From the IMG/VR virus record IMGVR_UViG_3300025715_000009, positions 192,001-256,000 of that record: DNA of 64,000 bases; one strand, written 5' to 3'. The notes beneath the pieces were generated by a model. That model was not told where the DNA came from and ran no database searches. It worked only from the letters and a program-made list of their open reading frames with translations. Position numbers and translations under genes: made by a program. Below are positions 53,676 to 63,293 of the stretch, piece after piece. The stretch's first letter is position 1. Each line of letters opens with the position of its first letter. Source of the DNA: a virus. Its lineage: Duplodnaviria > Caudoviricetes.

Positions 53676-54653
53676 TTAAATTAAACCAGCACCTTGTAAA
53701 ATACTCACATCGGCTGATGATTCTAATTTTGCGGCTAATTTTGGTGATGCTGTACTCATTGATTGAATATATAAAAGAGTAGCACAAAGTGGAATACCAA
53801 GAGGTAAAATAGTGGGTGTTACAACCCATTTAGTATATGCTTTACGCATTGCCTTTATAAACTCACTTTCTTTTGGGATAGGTGGAGTATTTGGCAGTTC
53901 TGGAGATAAAGGAAGATCTGGATAAGGCGGAACTGCTACTTCAAATAGATCGGCCAATTCTACATCTTGATCCCAATCATTTGGGATAGTCATACTTGCT
54001 AATTCTTTTTTTTCATCTATTTCTCTTTTCAGTGGAGTTTGACGTAATTCAATGGTTATAATCTCAACAGATATTTTTATTATTTCTGCAAGCCAATTAT
54101 CGTGTATAGAAATGGATTCTAACAATCTATCTCTTTCTATTATATTACCTTCTGTCTCTGCGATTTTTGCTTTATTTCTAATTTCAAATATAACGTTGTT
54201 ATATTTTTTCATTTCGCTTTCTTGTTTTGCCTGTAATTCTGGAATTGTTTTGCTATTAGTATCATATTCTGCTTGTAAATCTTTTAATTCATCTTTTATC
54301 TCTTGTTGTCTATCTTGTAAATCAGAATATAATTTATCAGCTGATATTCTTCTTTGATTTTCTGCCTTGGTTTTTTCTGCCTCATATTTTTGCATTAATG
54401 ATTGAGATAACTTGGATAAGTCCTCAAAACTCTTGAACATCATTGCCTCTATCTTAGTCATAGTAATTGATAATGCTATGCCAAATGGAATGACAGGTAA
54501 AACACCAGGTAAAAATGGAATTGGCTGAAGAGAGGAACTTGCCACTTGAGCCTGGGAGATGGCATCAATCGTGGCAGACGGTTTTGCAGGCATACCCCTT
54601 GAGGATGTCTTGCCCATTTTAATCGATTGACTTACTTGTGGAATTATTGGCAT
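53676..54653 (-). CDS. Coiled-coil protein with Pro-rich hydrophobic ends, near the spike gene
   Basis: 325 aa; central heptad-like charged region. Confidence 0.7.
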   Translation of the reverse strand: MPIIPQVSQSIKMGKTSSRGMPAKPSATIDAISQAQVASSSLQPIPFLPGVLPVIPFGIALSITMTKIEAMMFKSFEDLSKLSQSLMQKYEAEKTKAENQRRISADKLYSDLQDRQQEIKDELKDLQAEYDTNSKTIPELQAKQESEMKKYNNVIFEIRNKAKIAETEGNIIERDRLLESISIHDNWLAEIIKISVEIITIELRQTPLKREIDEKKELASMTIPNDWDQDVELADLFEVAVPPYPDLPLSPELPNTPPIPKESEFIKAMRKAYTKWVVTPTILPLGIPLCATLLYIQSMSTASPKLAAKLESSADVSILQGAGLI

Positions 54654-54807
54654 TTTGCTCCCTTATTTTATAATCAATTTCTTGTTTCCAATATTCTATA
54701 GCATTACACAGATTATTATCTGTTATAATAAAAGATGGCTCTATATTTTCAATCATCCATAAATTATTCTGTTGATATATTTTACAAACAAAGTTTCTAT
54801 AGTTCAT
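54619..54807 (-). CDS. Small hypothetical protein (weak HicB-like pattern)
   Basis: 62 aa overlapping both neighbours; beta-beta-beta-alpha pattern. Confidence 0.45.
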   Translation of the reverse strand: MNYRNFVCKIYQQNNLWMIENIEPSFIITDNNLCNAIEYWKQEIDYKIREQNANNSTSKSID

Positions 54808-55036
54808 AATTATAATTAAATAAAGAATCTATAATACTATGTTTATATTTATTTTCTATAAAATCTAATGATATTTCTTTACTTACTGCTTTTAACATAT
54901 TTAAAAGAAATGCATCATAAGTTCTAATTATAGGAACTTGATAAGATGTATATATTATTATATATAATGATTTATTCTTTGTAAAAAGAGGAATAATAAT
55001 TTCATCAGCCAGATCATTTCTTTTATATGCTATCAT
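54797..55036 (-). CDS. Small hypothetical protein with C-terminal IIDSLF motif
   Basis: 79 aa, 4-bp overlap with the spike gene. Confidence 0.7.
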   Translation of the reverse strand: MIAYKRNDLADEIIIPLFTKNKSLYIIIYTSYQVPIIRTYDAFLLNMLKAVSKEISLDFIENKYKHSIIDSLFNYNYEL

Positions 55037-55947
55037 TCTAACTTTACCTTTTTAGAATCTATTTTAACTCTTGCTCTTGGTGGTGGTCCTGATGGGCCTG
55101 ATGGTGTTGGATGTGTATGTGAGGCATATGTCTGATTTATGAAATCTCTTAATGGTTCAAATAAAACTGCCTTGTTAGAGTTGCCACCTAACTCTATTTT
55201 ATCGGCATCAACAACCATCTTCTTGCCTGTTATTTTTATATTACCATTTTTGTCAATTAATATAGATGTTTCACCACTTGAATCTATATTTACACCATCT
55301 TGATTTATTGTAATAAAAGATTCTTTACCGCCATAATTGGCAATCAATTGACTTTCGCTCTCTGTCATATTCAATTCTGAATAATCTTCAGCATTAGAAT
55401 TAAATCTTATAGTTATTTTATCATCTGTTAAAGTTATAATCTGATAATTAGGTTCTGCTTTTACATCATAATTTTCTTTCTTGTATTCATAATTATCACC
55501 TTGTTTGACCTTAGCAAGAGTAAATTCGCCTTTACTCATTTTTAATATATTTTCTACTTTATTTTCAGGATCATCCAAATCCTGATTTTCAAAACTATTA
55601 TTTTGTGTCTTAATAATAAAATCATTTATTGGATTATCTGCTTCAACTACTCCTGCTACAACATCTGCATCACCTATATTATCTGCTTTAGATTTATCCC
55701 AAGGCATTAATTTAGATCCAACCCAAACTGGTCTTTTACTGTCTCCACCTTTATACATAATATAACCAGATGCCCCAATTGGAGGGACCCATTGCATAGC
55801 CATATTAGGAAGCCCGCCTATTGGAGTGAGTATTTCTGCGAATGCTGGTGTTCTCATTTCTGAGACTTGAACCTTTATTTCTCCTGTTTCTGCAAATTTT
55901 GAATTATCAATAACATAAGCAGGAACAATATACGCTTTTTCTTGCAT
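55033..55947 (-). CDS. Baseplate central spike (gp5/gpV-like)
   Basis: OB-fold VIDN...GEIKV...VPPIG...GD..RPVWVG; beta-repeat stalk; terminal HTHPTPSGPSGPP. Confidence 0.85.
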   Translation of the reverse strand: MQEKAYIVPAYVIDNSKFAETGEIKVQVSEMRTPAFAEILTPIGGLPNMAMQWVPPIGASGYIMYKGGDSKRPVWVGSKLMPWDKSKADNIGDADVVAGVVEADNPINDFIIKTQNNSFENQDLDDPENKVENILKMSKGEFTLAKVKQGDNYEYKKENYDVKAEPNYQIITLTDDKITIRFNSNAEDYSELNMTESESQLIANYGGKESFITINQDGVNIDSSGETSILIDKNGNIKITGKKMVVDADKIELGGNSNKAVLFEPLRDFINQTYASHTHPTPSGPSGPPPRARVKIDSKKVKLE

Positions 55948-56279
55948 TATACCTCATTTAGTTTGCTGTGATGCGGAATTAATATTTTTTTACCAGCAGT
56001 AACATCTTTAATTGGATCTTCTATATTATTATATTGTGCTATTACCCAATCATATACTGCTGTTCCATAAAACTTAATGCTAACTAAATCAAGACGATGT
56101 TCCATGCCTTTTGGTATTACAAAATATTCATCTTGAGCATCAGATATAATATTATCAATTGGTGAAAAATTATAAAATGCTACTCTATTTTGATTAATTG
56201 ATTCATCAAAAATAATACCATAGTGTTTCATTCTACTTGTTTTACTATATGATGGAACTTTAGATTTACTATCAATCAT
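55947..56279 (-). CDS. LysM-like baseplate wedge protein (gp53/gpX-like)
   Basis: RLDLVSIKFYGTAVYDWVIAQYNNIEDP...AGKKILIP. Confidence 0.85.
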   Translation of the reverse strand: MIDSKSKVPSYSKTSRMKHYGIIFDESINQNRVAFYNFSPIDNIISDAQDEYFVIPKGMEHRLDLVSIKFYGTAVYDWVIAQYNNIEDPIKDVTAGKKILIPHHSKLNEV

Positions 56280-56281
56280 AA

Positions 56282-59200
56282 TTATCCTCTTTGTGCATTA
56301 TAATTACCTATATTATCTATAACAGAAGTACGAATATCTTGATAATCTCCCCAATCGTGGAAGATTTCTTTTAGTGTCATTGATATATCAAATCCTCTTG
56401 GGAAGTTAGATGCAGTATATCCTAATTCTTGTATTGGATCAATTGATATATCTTCACAAACCCATCTTGAGAAGAGTGTTCTATTAGCATCTTCTTTGCC
56501 ATCTTCATTATATGTATGAATTGCTCCTTTTTTAGTATGACGAACAAATAAACCATTAAAATCAATAATGATTACAGGTGGGACTGCTAAATTAGGATTA
56601 GACATATCCATAGGGAGGACAAGTGATCTATATTTTTCTACTGTTTTATGAACATATGATGCTGTCCATTGACTTAACCAAGTATCATAAACAGGATTAT
56701 TTTCTAACTTAGGAATATTTTTTGTAGGTCTTGAACTATCTCTAACATCAGGACCACTTGTTACAATATAAGATGTTTTTAAATTAATTTGTCTTGATGA
56801 AGTGTTTGTCCAAATAAAGAATTCATTTGTTCTACCATATCCAGTATGTGAAGACCAAGATGCTTGACGAGATTCAGCTGTTATTTCTGGATTAAATTGA
56901 AGTGGAATGATAAATAATGTTTTTTCAAGAGAAGGATCAGATTTTGCGTGTGTGCTACTTAACCATCTATTTTCACCGTTTGGAGCTGGTACATATGGAT
57001 TTGGATTGACAATAATTCTACCAATACTATTCTCCATTTTATTCTTTAAATCTTGCTTCCACTTATCAATATCATCTCTTTGTCTGATGTCGTGTCTATT
57101 AGTTGTTGTAAATATTTCTTTGTTAAAAGTTATATTTTTTTGATCTACTCTTGGTGAGAAATCAGTTATTTCAAGCTCATTTTTATTTAAACCTGGACCT
57201 TTAGCTGGATTAAGAGTATTTGCGATATCTTTAACAATACTATCATAAATTCCATATGATTGAATTGTTCCATCGGCGAGAAAATCATTTAAATTTCTAT
57301 TATCTGTGTTATGCCCATTTAAATTATAACTTCCATAATTTGTATATAAATCTGGTAGTGGTCCATATTTATACCACTCATTATCATTTGCTATTTTTTC
57401 ATCAAAATAAGCATCTTTTATAAGTGGATTTATATTTGCTTTTATTTCTGTATCACCAACATCATAATATTCTTGATAGACTGATGGTTCTATTGAAATA
57501 GAGTTATCAATATTATGAGCATTAATTCCAGAATATGATTCGATAATAGTTTTATATTTATCCCAATTCCAAGCAAAAATTGAATTACTTGAATCTCTTG
57601 CAGAATAATCTTCTTGTTTATATTCAGCTTTATATTTTGCCCAAATATCTTTTATTTGAGAACTTGATTCTACTTTAATTAAATCTGATAAAGAATAAGT
57701 TTTTCCGTCTTTAGTAAAAGTATCATCTGTATAATAAACATTGGTTTTATTTATTTCTCCATATCCTTCTAATGTTTTTATATTACTTTTGATTGAGCCT
57801 TCAATAAAAAATCTACTTTTTTTTGATATATTTGATATATTATCATTAAATGCTTTTTTAGCACTTCTTTGAGTAACTGAAAAATCATATCCATTCACAT
57901 TTGTTTCATTAATTAAAGCTGAAGATATATGTGGATCATTAAAATTATCATTAGAATATTTTTTTAAATTTTTATTTTGTATGTCAAAAACAGTTCTTTG
58001 ATCACTGAAAGATGTAGAATATGAATATATACCACTTTGAGAAGAATATGGTAAATAATTTGATTTTGATATGTTTTCATTCAACTTCTTCTCAAAATCT
58101 ATCATCTGCCCAATCATTATTTTTAATTGATTTTCTTGAGCATTTGATGTATTTAATTGATTATATCTGGATAATAGTTTTTCATTTAATTCATTCTCAT
58201 CAAATTTTGTTTTATCAGAAAGTATATCACTTATACCTGCAATTTGAATTTTTAAAGTATTAATATAATCACCATAACTTTTATATTTTGCAGCAGGTGA
58301 ATAAGAAATAGGTTGATTTGAATATGGATATAAGGCATTAATAAATTGATCTTTTTTTATTTCACCACGAATATTTTCATCAATTGAACCTTTAGTAAAT
58401 GCAGGTATATTTTGTCCTGCAGAATCAGCAATGTTTTTAAGTTGTGGAGAATTAACTGCTCTTAATGTTTGATCTTTATCTGATGAATTAATTTTACCAT
58501 TTATAAAAACAGTATCTAAAACATTATTAGCCACGGCTCTAAATGCATTGATTGCTAAATGTCTTGCTATATTAGTATTATCATCAGCATTAGTCCCAGC
58601 TTGTTTGTTATCTCGTGGCGTTAGAGATATAGCAGCATTAGATCCTTTTATAGCATTTGTAAGATTAGTATTATCAAAATTGTTTGTAAGTGGTAAAGCA
58701 TTGTTGAAAGCAACAGATAAAAGATCTGAATTAAGACCAAGGCGTTTTTCTTGGATTTTTAATAATCCAATTGGTCGTGCTAATGAATAAATTGAAGCCC
58801 AGTTTATACCTCTAATTTTTTCTTTGTCTGTATCTTGTCTGTCTGGTCTATATGCAATAGTAGCATCTTCTAATTCTGTTATAATAACTGGTTCTTGTGC
58901 TTCACCAAACTCATCAGATATTTTTCTATCTCTTTCAGTGGGTCCTAATTCTCTTGTAGAGAAATCAATATTTAAATTAATATCTTTTTGACCATCTTCA
59001 ATTGTATGCTCTGATAAATCGGATCTATCTTGTGATGTTCTATTATTAATATTGTCTGGTTGATAATAAATAGGATCTTGTGTTTTCTTTGGTCTTTCTG
59101 TATTAGTAAAAGATCTTGTTGTATGATCTGATTCTGATTGTTGTGCTTTATCATTTTGATCAAGTGTATTAGAAGAAAATTCAATATCTGTTTTTATGCT

Positions 59201-60442
59201 ATTTTCAAATTCTTGTAATATATTATTATATGATAAATTATTATTTTGTTTAATAGAAGATTTGGTTGTAATTTTACCATTGTTATATTCTAAATTTGTA
59301 TCAATGAAAGATATATTTTCTACTTTTAATGGATCTATTGTAGATTCAGCGGTTATTCCATCTATACCAGATTTTAATTTTCTATTTGGATCAAAATCTT
59401 TTTCACTTTCTTTTTCTATATTTGTAGTATTATATTGAATAGATTTTTCTGATTTTTGCAAATCAGGGAAATATACATCCCCAATTGTTTGTTGTATTGG
59501 CTTTTCTGAATTTTGTAAACCAGGAAGATAAGTATCCCCTATGGTTTGCTCCCACTCTTTATATTGTCTTACACCAGATCCAAATGCTGACTTCTCATCT
59601 TTATTTGGATTTGAAATAGACATTTCTTTTTCTATCTCTTGTTTTTTATTAAGTCTTTCATTTGATATAATTCTTTGCTCTTGTTTTTTAGACTCAACAA
59701 GCGGAATATATTCTTTTGTTGTTTTTTGTGAAATTGGATTATTTGTTGTTATTTCATCTTCTTGTTTTGTAAATCCAGGATCTTGAATATTGGTATTCAC
59801 TTCTTGTTTTTTAACGGAAGATGGTGTAGAAGTCTCAACTTCTTGTTTAATATTACGAGTATTATCATCCTCCACTTCTACATTTGCTTTTGTATTATGA
59901 TCAAGATTGTTAAAAACATTCATTTCTAATTTAGAAGTATGAGATCTATTTTTCAATTGCAATTCTATTTTGCGTCTTTGTGCTTCTGGAGTATTTACAT
60001 TATTCTCTTGTTTTTGTGAATGTAAAGAAGTAGCATCAATATTTGCGTCAACTTTGCTTGCTAATCTTGAAATATCCTCTTCTAATTCTTTATGTTTAAT
60101 TGCTCTATCATATGAAGTTGAGACTTCTGCACCATCTTTATATTTTCTATTATCTATTTCTTGCAATGTAGATATAGATTTTTGTTGTGCTTCATTATTT
60201 AATAAAATATCGTTTAATTCTTTTTGTTGTTTTTGTCCAATTGAATTAATGTCAACTATACTTTTTTCTTTTCTCACACCAAATGAGCCTATTGTTCTAA
60301 GAGTTTTTTTATTGCCTGTATCAAGAGGTGTTATTGGAGACAGATCTTTATTTCTATGTTTTTCTGGTAGAGTATTTTCTATTCTCTTATATTCACTATC
60401 TGTTCCTACAATATCACCAGGTTTTGTCTCTTGATTAGACAT
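56282..60442 (-). CDS. Tail tube initiator-like protein with very long N-terminal extension
   Basis: C-terminal QFNPEITAESRQASW...GRT...SRQINL...LVLP...PPVIII...PRGFDISMTLKE; lies between tape measure and LysM genes. Confidence 0.6.
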   Translation of the reverse strand: MSNQETKPGDIVGTDSEYKRIENTLPEKHRNKDLSPITPLDTGNKKTLRTIGSFGVRKEKSIVDINSIGQKQQKELNDILLNNEAQQKSISTLQEIDNRKYKDGAEVSTSYDRAIKHKELEEDISRLASKVDANIDATSLHSQKQENNVNTPEAQRRKIELQLKNRSHTSKLEMNVFNNLDHNTKANVEVEDDNTRNIKQEVETSTPSSVKKQEVNTNIQDPGFTKQEDEITTNNPISQKTTKEYIPLVESKKQEQRIISNERLNKKQEIEKEMSISNPNKDEKSAFGSGVRQYKEWEQTIGDTYLPGLQNSEKPIQQTIGDVYFPDLQKSEKSIQYNTTNIEKESEKDFDPNRKLKSGIDGITAESTIDPLKVENISFIDTNLEYNNGKITTKSSIKQNNNLSYNNILQEFENSIKTDIEFSSNTLDQNDKAQQSESDHTTRSFTNTERPKKTQDPIYYQPDNINNRTSQDRSDLSEHTIEDGQKDINLNIDFSTRELGPTERDRKISDEFGEAQEPVIITELEDATIAYRPDRQDTDKEKIRGINWASIYSLARPIGLLKIQEKRLGLNSDLLSVAFNNALPLTNNFDNTNLTNAIKGSNAAISLTPRDNKQAGTNADDNTNIARHLAINAFRAVANNVLDTVFINGKINSSDKDQTLRAVNSPQLKNIADSAGQNIPAFTKGSIDENIRGEIKKDQFINALYPYSNQPISYSPAAKYKSYGDYINTLKIQIAGISDILSDKTKFDENELNEKLLSRYNQLNTSNAQENQLKIMIGQMIDFEKKLNENISKSNYLPYSSQSGIYSYSTSFSDQRTVFDIQNKNLKKYSNDNFNDPHISSALINETNVNGYDFSVTQRSAKKAFNDNISNISKKSRFFIEGSIKSNIKTLEGYGEINKTNVYYTDDTFTKDGKTYSLSDLIKVESSSQIKDIWAKYKAEYKQEDYSARDSSNSIFAWNWDKYKTIIESYSGINAHNIDNSISIEPSVYQEYYDVGDTEIKANINPLIKDAYFDEKIANDNEWYKYGPLPDLYTNYGSYNLNGHNTDNRNLNDFLADGTIQSYGIYDSIVKDIANTLNPAKGPGLNKNELEITDFSPRVDQKNITFNKEIFTTTNRHDIRQRDDIDKWKQDLKNKMENSIGRIIVNPNPYVPAPNGENRWLSSTHAKSDPSLEKTLFIIPLQFNPEITAESRQASWSSHTGYGRTNEFFIWTNTSSRQINLKTSYIVTSGPDVRDSSRPTKNIPKLENNPVYDTWLSQWTASYVHKTVEKYRSLVLPMDMSNPNLAVPPVIIIDFNGLFVRHTKKGAIHTYNEDGKEDANRTLFSRWVCEDISIDPIQELGYTASNFPRGFDISMTLKEIFHDWGDYQDIRTSVIDNIGNYNAQRG

Positions 60443-63285
60443 TAAGTTGCTCCTCCAGCAGTTGTTAATCCAATTGATGTTCTTACTCTTGTTACTTTTA
60501 TTAAATCATAAATTAATTCATTCGTTCTGCCAGTATTAGTTTCAATGGCACTTAGGTGTTGATTTGTTGTTTCTAATGTTTTTGTATAATCTTTTGTCTC
60601 TATTGTTTTTTGTGCATCATTTTCGCCTGTTATCTTGGTCTGGATTTTTGTAACAATATCAGCAACCATTCCCTTACCAACCAAATTATTCATTTCATTT
60701 AGTTTTATGTTAATATTTTCAATTTCAGAAATAACTCCACTGGATATTCCTTTCCAATTACCACCTAATTGTTCTTTAAATAATTTTATTCCATCAGCTG
60801 CTTGAACACCATATTGTGCTATTAATTGAACGCCTTCACCCATTGTTTTATATGACTCTTGTAGTTTTGAAATAGAATTAACAACAAGTGCTATACCAGC
60901 ACCCATTAACAGAAATGCTGCACCTACTGCCAAAATTCCAACTGCACCTACACTACCTGCAGCCCCAATTGCTGTAATTATTGGCGGTAATAATGCTAAC
61001 ATACCCATAAATCCACCAAACACTGGCAATAAAATAAGTGCTATTCCTGCAAGTTGATTAAATGATAACCCTGCTTCGCCAACTGCTTTTACTAATTGAG
61101 TAATTGATAATATGATTATTGCAATTCCAGCTGCAAGCATTAACATAGCAGCACCAACAGCTAATATTTGTTTTGGGCTAGGAAAACTTTTCATTGCTTC
61201 ACCAATACCTTTTAATTTATTTGGTGCTTTATCATCTATTTTAGAAGTAGCATCTCCTATTTTTTCTATTCCTTTTGCTTCAGGAGCTCCTTTTCTTGTA
61301 GACCAAGCATGTTTTATTTTTTGGGTTAATGTTGCACCACCATCTGTTTTCATAGCTTGACCAAGATTTTTAGCAAAAGTCCAAGCTTGTTTTACACCTT
61401 CTTTTAATCCACCAACCCACCCAAAAATATTTTTACCTATTCCACTTGTTAATCCACCAATAATTTTCAAATTCATAATAAATGCTAATAGACCAACAGA
61501 AATAAGAACTTTTAGTGCTGTTCCTAAACCAGCAACAAATTTATTACTACTTGTAGACATTTTATTTATATATGTCAATACAATATTAAATGCTTCTGCA
61601 ATTCCACCAATGATTTTTAAAATTGGCAAAAGAGTGGTTTGCATCATTACTAACAATGAATTTTTTATTCTTGTTAGTTGATCAGTTAATCCTTGGCGAG
61701 CTGCGGCTGCTGCTTCTTCTAATGCTACAGTTTCCTTTGTATCTTTTAATCTTTGAGCATCATATTGTGATAATGATTGAACTTGTTCTAAGTTTAATCC
61801 ATGGGCTTCTGCCATTGCTTTTAAGGCATAAATATTTCCACCATATTGTGCCTTCAAATCTTTGGCAACTTTAACCATTTTAGCAGTCATACCTTCCATA
61901 TTCTTACCTTCACCTTGCATCATAGCAAATCCTTCTGCTGCTGTCATTCCCATAGATGACCATAATAAAACTGATTTTTGAACATTTTCAGGATCCATCA
62001 TTTTATTAATAATTCCAGCGGCATCTTGTGCTTCAAGACCTACAGATGTAAAGGCTGCTGTCATTTTAGCCACTTCTTTAGTAACAACTTTAACATCTTT
62101 AGAAGATCCACCACCAAATGCTTTGAATTGTCTCATTAAACTACCCACAGTGGATCCAACAACCCCAGCTTCAGCATCTGATAATCCGAGTTGTTGTTGA
62201 ACATTTGATAATTCTTGGGCAGCAACTCTTATATCCTTAGACCCAACACCACCTATTAAACTTAAACTTTTAACAAATTCATTAGCAATACCTGGAGACA
62301 TTGAGAGTGCTTTTTGCATCAACATAGAGGTTTCTGTTAACTCTTTAAAATCAGTTTTACTTCCAGCTCCAACACGCATTTTCATCAACTCACTCATTGT
62401 TTCACCAACTTCACTTAAAGATGCTTGTGTTGTTGTTGCTATTTCAGCATTCATCTTCATATAATCAAAAGCAGTATCTCTTACAGCTTTTCTTAAATTC
62501 CAATTTGCAGATGCTGCTTTATCTGTAGAATATTCTACATTATTCCAAGATTCACTTATTTTTTGACCCATCATCCAAGATGTTCTGGCAAGTTCATTTT
62601 GTGTTTGAATTATTTCAGTAAATATTGAGTATGCTGTTCCTAAGCCAATAGTATATTGCATAAAGCTTCTTACTTGATTAGCTACATTTTCTATTTTTCT
62701 TTTTGTTTCTTCATAAGGAGCTGATGTTATTTTTTCTATTTGTTTAACCAACTCTTGTGTTTTCTTTGGATCATGTTCTTTTGACAAAGCATTAATCATA
62801 TCTATTACTGCTTTTGTTTGTTTTGGAGAAAAATCACTTATATTAGTAGAAAATTTTTCCATGGATTTAGTAAATATATCCATTGATTTTAAATCCATAC
62901 TAGCAACATTTTTATTTAAATTATTAAACATTGTTTGAAGTTTATTTACGCCTTCTGCACCGTCTAACTTACCAACATTAAAAATATGTTTAAGGTTTTC
63001 TTGAATACTACTAAGAGAACCAGCAACACCTGCTAATGTTTTATTTTTAATAAATTCTGCTCCTAAAGATTTTCCAAATATTCCCATTTGTTCTGTAGCA
63101 TATCTTACTTTTTCACTTATTTCTTTTACTTGACCAGCTCTAAATTTAAAACTGCTGTCCCAGGCTTTAGAATTTTCTTTAAATGACTGTGTAAAATTAA
63201 TAAATGCAGCATTAGCCCCTGCTATTCCACGAGTAAACATTGCCGTGTTCGATGAGAAGTTAAGTGCAAAATTAATTCCTAACAT
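60442..63285 (-). CDS. Tape measure protein
   Basis: 947 aa, helical and Ala/Gly/Met-rich with hydrophobic C-terminal segments; next to baseplate genes. Confidence 0.85.
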   Translation of the reverse strand: MLGINFALNFSSNTAMFTRGIAGANAAFINFTQSFKENSKAWDSSFKFRAGQVKEISEKVRYATEQMGIFGKSLGAEFIKNKTLAGVAGSLSSIQENLKHIFNVGKLDGAEGVNKLQTMFNNLNKNVASMDLKSMDIFTKSMEKFSTNISDFSPKQTKAVIDMINALSKEHDPKKTQELVKQIEKITSAPYEETKRKIENVANQVRSFMQYTIGLGTAYSIFTEIIQTQNELARTSWMMGQKISESWNNVEYSTDKAASANWNLRKAVRDTAFDYMKMNAEIATTTQASLSEVGETMSELMKMRVGAGSKTDFKELTETSMLMQKALSMSPGIANEFVKSLSLIGGVGSKDIRVAAQELSNVQQQLGLSDAEAGVVGSTVGSLMRQFKAFGGGSSKDVKVVTKEVAKMTAAFTSVGLEAQDAAGIINKMMDPENVQKSVLLWSSMGMTAAEGFAMMQGEGKNMEGMTAKMVKVAKDLKAQYGGNIYALKAMAEAHGLNLEQVQSLSQYDAQRLKDTKETVALEEAAAAARQGLTDQLTRIKNSLLVMMQTTLLPILKIIGGIAEAFNIVLTYINKMSTSSNKFVAGLGTALKVLISVGLLAFIMNLKIIGGLTSGIGKNIFGWVGGLKEGVKQAWTFAKNLGQAMKTDGGATLTQKIKHAWSTRKGAPEAKGIEKIGDATSKIDDKAPNKLKGIGEAMKSFPSPKQILAVGAAMLMLAAGIAIIILSITQLVKAVGEAGLSFNQLAGIALILLPVFGGFMGMLALLPPIITAIGAAGSVGAVGILAVGAAFLLMGAGIALVVNSISKLQESYKTMGEGVQLIAQYGVQAADGIKLFKEQLGGNWKGISSGVISEIENINIKLNEMNNLVGKGMVADIVTKIQTKITGENDAQKTIETKDYTKTLETTNQHLSAIETNTGRTNELIYDLIKVTRVRTSIGLTTAGGAT

Positions 63286-63293
63286 TTTATTCC

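Noticed and set aside
307-61874. Plus-strand and nested alternative-frame ORFs in the supplied track (e.g. 307-531, 46582-46971, 59970-60434, 39425-39667)
   Set aside because: They lie within or opposite long, motif-bearing minus-strand genes and read as antisense or frame shadows with no recognisable motifs.
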